Shown here one piece after another: positions 62,285 to 64,000 of a DNA stretch of 64,000 bases. The position numbers and the translations under genes were made by a program. The stretch is from Squalus acanthias. Taxonomy: Eukaryota. Position 1 is the stretch's first letter, and the number at the start of each line of letters is the position of its first letter. The DNA lies in assembly GCA_030390025.1 (NCBI GenBank), contig CM059431.1, positions 138,138,001 to 138,202,000 on the forward strand, in the 5' to 3' direction. The notes beneath the pieces are model-generated. The model searched no databases and was not told the DNA's origin. It saw only the letters and a list, made by a program, of their open reading frames with translations.

Positions 62285-64000
62285 TAGTCATAGAGAAATA
62301 CAGCACAGAAAGAGGCCCTTCGGCCCATCGTGTCCGCAAAGGCCATCAAGCCCTGTCTATTCTAATCCCATTTTCCAGCACTTGGTCCGTTGCCTTGTCT
62401 GCTATGGCATTTCAAGTGCTCATCTAAATGCTTCTTGAATGTTGTGAGGGTTCCTGCCTCTACCACACTTTCATGCAGTGAGTTCCAGATTCCAACCACC
62501 CTATGGGTGAAAAAGTTTTTCCTCGAATCCCCTCTAAACCTCCTGCCCCTTACCTTGAAACTATGCCCCCTGGTTATTGAGCCCTCTACTAAGAGGAAAA
62601 GTTCCTTTCTATCTACCCTAGCTATGCCCCACATAATTTTGTGCACCTCAATCAGGTCCCTCCTCAGACTTCTCTGCTCTAAGGAAAGCAACCCCAGCCT
62701 GTCCAGTCTCTCTTCATAGCTGAAACGCTCCAGCCCAGTAACATCCTGGTGAATCTCCTCTGCACCCTCTCTAATGCAATCAAATCCTTCCTATAGCCTG
62801 GCGACCAGAACTGCACACAGTATTCCAGCTGTGGCCTAACTAGCGTTTTGTACAGCTCCATCATAACCTCCCTGCTTTTATATGCTATGCCTCGGCTAAT
62901 GAAGGCATATGCCTTCTTAACCACCTTATCTACCTGTCCTGCTGCCTTCAGGGATCTATGTACATGCACACCAAGGTCCCTCTGATCCTCTGTCCTTCCT
63001 AGGGTCCTACCATTCATTGTGTATTCCCTTGACTTGTTAGTCCTCCCAAAATGCATCACCTCACAATTTTCAGGGTTAAATTCCATTTGCCACTGTTCTG
63101 CCCATCTGACCAACCCGTCTATATCGTCCTGTAGCCTAAGTCTTCCCTCCTCGTTATTTACCACTCCACCAATTTTCATGTCATCTGCGAACTTACATTC
63201 ATATCTAAATCATTAATGTACACACAAACAGCAAGGGACCCAGCAACGATCCCTGCGTTACACCACTGGACACAGGCTGCCAGTCACTAAAAACAACCTT
63301 CGACCATCCCCCTCTGCCTCCTGCCACTGAACCAATTTTGGATCCAATGTGCCAAATTGCCCTGGATCCCATGGGCTCTTACCTTCTTGAACAGTCTCCC
63401 ATACCGGACCTTGTCAAAAGCCTTTCTGAAGTCCATGTAGACTACATCAACTGCACTACCCTCATCCACATACCTAGTTACCCTCTGTCAAAATTCAATC
63501 AAATTGGTTAGACATGATCTCCCCCTGACAAAGCCATGCTGACTATTCTTGATTAATCCTTGCCTCTCCAAGTGGAGACTAATTCTGTCCCTCAGAATTT
63601 TTCCAATAATTTCCCTAACACTGATGTTAGGCTCACTGGCCTGTAATTCCCTGGTTTATCCCTACTATCCTTCTTGAATAATGGTACTACGTTAACTGTC
63701 CTCCAGTCCTCTGGCACCACCCCTGAGTCCAGAGAGGATCTGAAAATTTGTGTCCGAGCCCTTGCAATCTCCTCCCTTGCCTCACACAGCAGCCTGGGAT
63801 ACATCTCGTCTGGGCCTGGGGATTTATCCACTTTTATGCCCGCTAATACCTCCTCCCCCTCGATGCTAATTTGTTCAAGTGTATCACAAACCCCTGCCTG
63901 TTTTCTATGCTTACATCGTCCTTCTCCATAGTGAACACAGATGCAAAATATTAATTTAAACCTCACCTACATCTTCCGGCTCTACACATGCATTGCCACT
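62285..64000 (-). mobile_element. CR1 LINE, same subfamily as 51832-53145, running off the window end
   Basis: KSPGPDEMYPRLL, NYRPVSLTS, YMDFRKAFDKV, RPQLEYCVQFW and 3'UTR. Confidence 0.93.

Overview
Vertebrate genomic DNA, most likely a cartilaginous fish (shark) judging by the repeat families and gene types. Most of the window is nested retrotransposon debris: CR1 LINEs, L2, RTE, Penelope-like elements with minimal hammerhead ribozymes, tRNA-derived SINEs and palindromic MITEs. There is one assembly gap. Two host genes can be reconstructed by splicing. (1) A complete two-exon class A GPCR of the GPR139/GPR142-like type (16652-16916 joined to 28337-29238, about 388 aa). Its N-terminus is built from a 42-bp tandem repeat, its intron holds degenerate copies of the exon-1 end and splice donor, and a CpG-rich 27-bp array carrying YY1-like motifs follows the stop codon. 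(2) The 5' part of a probable NLR (NACHT-LRR) gene with a CARD-like N-terminal exon (57986-58049 joined to 61326-61492, continuing beyond the window). It is preceded by a frameshifted duplicate of that exon and by two paralogous promoter/first-exon modules flanking NF-kB and ETS consensus sites. Family assignments come from recognised motifs, not from database searches.
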